Part shown: piece by piece, positions 61,008 through 64,000 of the stretch | How the letters are laid out: each line of letters opens with the position of its first letter | Numbering within the stretch: position 1 is the stretch's first letter | Source: Paracoccaceae bacterium | GTDB taxonomy: Bacteria; Pseudomonadota; Alphaproteobacteria; Rhodobacterales; Rhodobacteraceae | Direction of reading: 5' to 3' | Length of the DNA stretch: 64,000 bases | NCBI GenBank assembly: GCA_020832725.1 | Contig: JAFIEC010000418.1 | Coordinates: forward strand, 5,518-69,517 | Program-made: the position numbers and the translations under genes | The notes under the pieces: model-generated | Told to the model about the DNA's origin: nothing | What the model saw: the letters and a program-made list of their open reading frames with translations, nothing else | The model's database searches: none

Positions 61008-63800
61008 TCAGTCGCCGCTGTCCAGAAGTTCCGTCACCGCTGCCGCTGCCGCCGCGCAGCGCGCGGCCAGTGCCTCGGCCAGCGCCTCCAGCGTGTCGCA
61101 CCCGGTTTCCCGCAGGATCAGCGCCCGCCCGCCTTCGCCCAGCGCCTCCATCCGGCCCAGGTCATCGGCCAGCAGGCGCCCGGCGCATTGCAGCCGCCAG
61201 CACAGGCGATAGGCGTCCAGCAGCGCGGCCTCGGCGGCCCCGTCCAGCACGCCCGCGCTGCGCCCGGCGCGCAACTGCGCCTCGGTCCGGTGCGCGTGGC
61301 TTCCCGCCAGCAGCGCGCAGGTCTGGGCGGCCAGTTCGATGTCCTGGATGCGCCCCGGCCCGTCCTTGGCGTTCCAGCGGCCATCGCCGGGCTTGGCTTC
61401 GGCCAGCCGGGCGCGCATTTCGGCCACATCGGCGCGCACGGTGGCGCCGCGCCCCTTTTCGGGCAGAAGCGCGCGGCGGAATTCCTCGACCTCGGCGCCC
61501 AGGTCGGTGCAGCCCGCCACCCTGCGCGCCCGGGTCAGGGCCAGATGCTCCCAGGTCCAGGCCTCGTTGCGCTGGTAGTTGCGGAACGATTCGAGCGCGG
61601 TTGCCACGGGCCCCTGCCGCCCCGAGGGACGCAGACGCATGTCCACCTCGTAAAGGCGCCCCTCGGCCATGGGGGCGGACAGCGCCGTGACGAAGGCCTG
61701 CGTCAGCCGCGCGTAATAGGGCCGCGCGGCCAGCGGGCGGCGGCCGTCCGAGTGCTCCACCCCCGCGGGGTCATAGATCACGATCAGATCAAGGTCCGAG
61801 GCCGCGTTCAGCCGTGCCGCGCCCAGCGACCCCATGCCGAAGACCACCGCCCCGCGTCCGGGCGGGGCGCCGTGCTTGCGGGCGAATTCGGCCACAACCT
61901 CGGGCCAGAGCGCGTTCAGCGTGGCCTCGGCCAGGTGCGCATACTGGCCGCCGGCCTCGAAGGCATCGATCAGCCCGCGCAGGTGATGCACGCCGATGCG
62001 GAAGTGCCATTCGCGCGCCCAGACCCGCGCCGCATCGAGCTTGCGCTCATAGTCATCGATCCCCGCCAGCCGGTCCGCCAGCGCCCGCGACAGCGCCGCC
62101 GTGCCGGGCCAGGGGGCGAAGAAATCGCCGCCGATCACCGCGTCCAGCACGCCCGCGTTGCGCGACAGATAGGCCGCCAGCCGGGGTGCGGTGGCGCAGA
62201 TGTCCACGATCAGGTCGATCAGCGTGGGATTCGCCTCGAAGAGCGCGAAAAGCTGCACCCCGGCTGGCAGGCCGCCCAGGAAGCGGTCGAACTGGATCAG
62301 CGCCTCGTCGGGGTTGGCGGCCTTGTGCAGGCGACGCAGCAATTCGGGGCGCAGGCGCTCGAAGATCTGTTGTGCGCGGGCGGAGCGCAGCGCTGCATAG
62401 GCGGGCCAGCCGGACACGATCCTGCGCGCGCTGTCCGAAAGCTCCGGCGCGGGGGCGGTGTCGGTGCCGGGGGCAAAGAAACCTTCGGTCAGTTCATGGA
62501 CGCGCGCGAAGCGGGTCTTGACGCCGGCGCGCCAGGCGGCGGTATCGGCCGCGCCCATGAAGCGGGCCAGACGGTCGAAGCCTTCGGGCGCGGTCGGCAT
62601 GATCTGGGTCTGCGCATCCTGGACCATCTGCAGCCGGTGTTCGACCTCGCGGTGGTGGCGGTAGTTCTCGGTCAGTTCGTGGGCCACATCCTGCGGCACC
62701 CAGCCTTTCGCGGCCAGCGCGGCCAGCGCCTCGACAGTGCGCGGGCTGCGCAACTCCGGGTCACGCCCCCCGGCGATGATCTGGCGGGTCTGGGTGAAGA
62801 ATTCGATCTCGCGGATGCCGCCCCGGCCCAGCTTGACGTTGTGACCCTCCAGCGTAAGCGCCCCGCCCAGCCCCTTGTGCTCGCGGATGCGCAGGCGCAT
62901 GTCGTGGGCGTCCTGGATGGCGGCGAAATCCAGATGACGGCGCCAGACGAAGGGGATGAGCGTGTCCAGAAACCGCTGCCCGGCGTCCAGATCACCCGCG
63001 CAGGGGCGCGCCTTGATATAGGCCGCGCGCTCCCAGGTCCGGCCCAGCGACTCGTAATAGCGTTCGGCGGCTTCCATCGACAGGCAGACGGGCGTCACCG
63101 ATGGATCGGGGCGCAGCCGCAGGTCGGTGCGGAATACATAGCCATCGCCTGTATGGTCCGAGAGCAGCGCGCACATCTTGCGGGTGGCGCGGATGAAGGC
63201 GGCGCGGGCGTCGTGGTAATCGGCGTCACTGAAGCGAGTTTCGTCGAACAGGCAGATCAGGTCGATATCCGAGGAATAGTTGAGCTCGCGCGCGCCCATC
63301 TTGCCCATGGCCAGCACCACCATGCCGGCGCCGGTGGCGGCGTCTTCAGGGGCGGCGCCGGGCAGCTTGCCGCGCCGGATCTCATGGGCCAGCGCGTCGG
63401 TCAGCGCGGCCTGCGTGACGGCATCGGCCAGATCGCTCAGGGCTCCGGTGAGCGCCTCGAGCGACCAGATGCCACCCAGATCGGCCAGCGCGGCGATCAG
63501 CGCGACCCGACGCTTGGCCTGCCGCAGCCGCGGGGCGAGCGGCTCATCGGACGATTCGGCCAGTGCGGCGAGTTCACCGGCCACGGCGACGTCCGGCCCG
63601 GCGTCCAGCGCGCGCGGGAGCCAGGCAGCCTCGCGCGTCATCAGCGTTTTAAGATAGGGGCTGCACCCGGCGGTCCCGGCGACCAGGTCGCCCAACTCGG
63701 CGGACAGTTCCGGGAAGAGCGCCCGTGCCTCGTCTCCTGCGGCACGGTCATGGGGCAGGGGGCAGCGGGTCAGGCCGTTGAAACTAGGGGTCTGCGTCAT
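61008..63800 (-). CDS. glnE: Bifunctional glutamine synthetase adenylyltransferase/adenylyl-removing enzyme GlnE
   Basis: 930 aa with two nucleotidyltransferase halves (GKMGARELNYSSDIDLI and GMGSLGAARLNAASDLDLIVIY). Confidence 0.9.
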   Translation of the reverse strand: MTQTPSFNGLTRCPLPHDRAAGDEARALFPELSAELGDLVAGTAGCSPYLKTLMTREAAWLPRALDAGPDVAVAGELAALAESSDEPLAPRLRQAKRRVALIAALADLGGIWSLEALTGALSDLADAVTQAALTDALAHEIRRGKLPGAAPEDAATGAGMVVLAMGKMGARELNYSSDIDLICLFDETRFSDADYHDARAAFIRATRKMCALLSDHTGDGYVFRTDLRLRPDPSVTPVCLSMEAAERYYESLGRTWERAAYIKARPCAGDLDAGQRFLDTLIPFVWRRHLDFAAIQDAHDMRLRIREHKGLGGALTLEGHNVKLGRGGIREIEFFTQTRQIIAGGRDPELRSPRTVEALAALAAKGWVPQDVAHELTENYRHHREVEHRLQMVQDAQTQIMPTAPEGFDRLARFMGAADTAAWRAGVKTRFARVHELTEGFFAPGTDTAPAPELSDSARRIVSGWPAYAALRSARAQQIFERLRPELLRRLHKAANPDEALIQFDRFLGGLPAGVQLFALFEANPTLIDLIVDICATAPRLAAYLSRNAGVLDAVIGGDFFAPWPGTAALSRALADRLAGIDDYERKLDAARVWAREWHFRIGVHHLRGLIDAFEAGGQYAHLAEATLNALWPEVVAEFARKHGAPPGRGAVVFGMGSLGAARLNAASDLDLIVIYDPAGVEHSDGRRPLAARPYYARLTQAFVTALSAPMAEGRLYEVDMRLRPSGRQGPVATALESFRNYQRNEAWTWEHLALTRARRVAGCTDLGAEVEEFRRALLPEKGRGATVRADVAEMRARLAEAKPGDGRWNAKDGPGRIQDIELAAQTCALLAGSHAHRTEAQLRAGRSAGVLDGAAEAALLDAYRLCWRLQCAGRLLADDLGRMEALGEGGRALILRETGCDTLEALAEALAARCAAAAAAVTELLDSGD

Positions 63801-63851
63801 GGCCGCAGAGTGCGGCGCAGGGCGCTGGAAATCAACGCCTGGCGTGCAAGT

Positions 63852-64000
63852 TCAAGGAACCTGCGTTCCCAGCGAACAGCACCCGCTCAGCAGGGGCGCC
63901 GCAGGTCCCGGCATCCAGGCCACCGCCAGCCCGTAAAGCCGGTCGCTCATCCCGTCGGAACACTCCTGCGGGTGGACATAGGCCACGGCGCCACCCTCGG
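63852..64000 (-). CDS. 3' end of an unidentified gene (continues beyond the window)
   Basis: A 48-codon open frame with GC3-rich codons ending at TGA 63852-63854. Not in the ORF track because it is shorter than 60 aa. No motif recognised. Confidence 0.3.
   Translation of the reverse strand, partial: EGGAVAYVHPQECSDGMSDRLYGLAVAWMPGPAAPLLSGCCSLGTQVP

Overview
High-GC (roughly two-thirds G+C by eye) chromosomal segment. Gene content and synteny look like an alphaproteobacterium of the Rhodobacterales type; this is inference only. Almost the whole window is densely packed housekeeping DNA. In order: pstA(partial)-pstB; urtABCDE urea transporter; a phoR-phoU-phoB operon on the minus strand with a Pho-box-like site upstream; tRNA-Ser(GGA); a glgB-glgC-glgA-glgX-pgm glycogen operon; an eight-gene Mrp/Mnh-type cation:proton antiporter cluster in the order E-F-G-B-C-D-D-D; ftsH, tilS; the full ybgC-tolQ-tolR-tolA-tolB-pal-cpoB cluster; yqgE, ssb, a lytic transglycosylase, cfa, photolyase, a class V aminotransferase, acnA, pabB-pabC, ggt, metG, glnE. 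The clear outlier is a ~1.6 kb low-GC islet (about 37.5-39.2 kb) wedged between yqgE and the tol-pal operon. It carries one 486-aa soluble P-loop NTPase with no recognisable effector domain. A small basic ORF precedes it and appears translationally coupled to it. An imperfect 16-17 bp direct repeat flanks the islet, and no recombinase is present. I rank it as the best candidate for an uncharacterised accessory (possibly anti-phage or abortive-infection) module. Other observations worth a second look: (i) a dispersed family of four GC-rich hairpins with covarying stems and an invariant C-rich loop, whose complement GGGGCGGGTGGGTGGG is a canonical G-quadruplex motif; (ii) a 22-nt box shared by two terminator-like elements; (iii) an orphan DUF2793-type tail-fibre-like gene; (iv) a degraded SDR gene with a 14-bp tandem duplication; (v) a UrtB with a ~370-aa N-terminal extension. 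No rRNA, CRISPR array, transposase or integrase was seen. Many long ORFs in the six-frame track are antisense artefacts of the high GC content.
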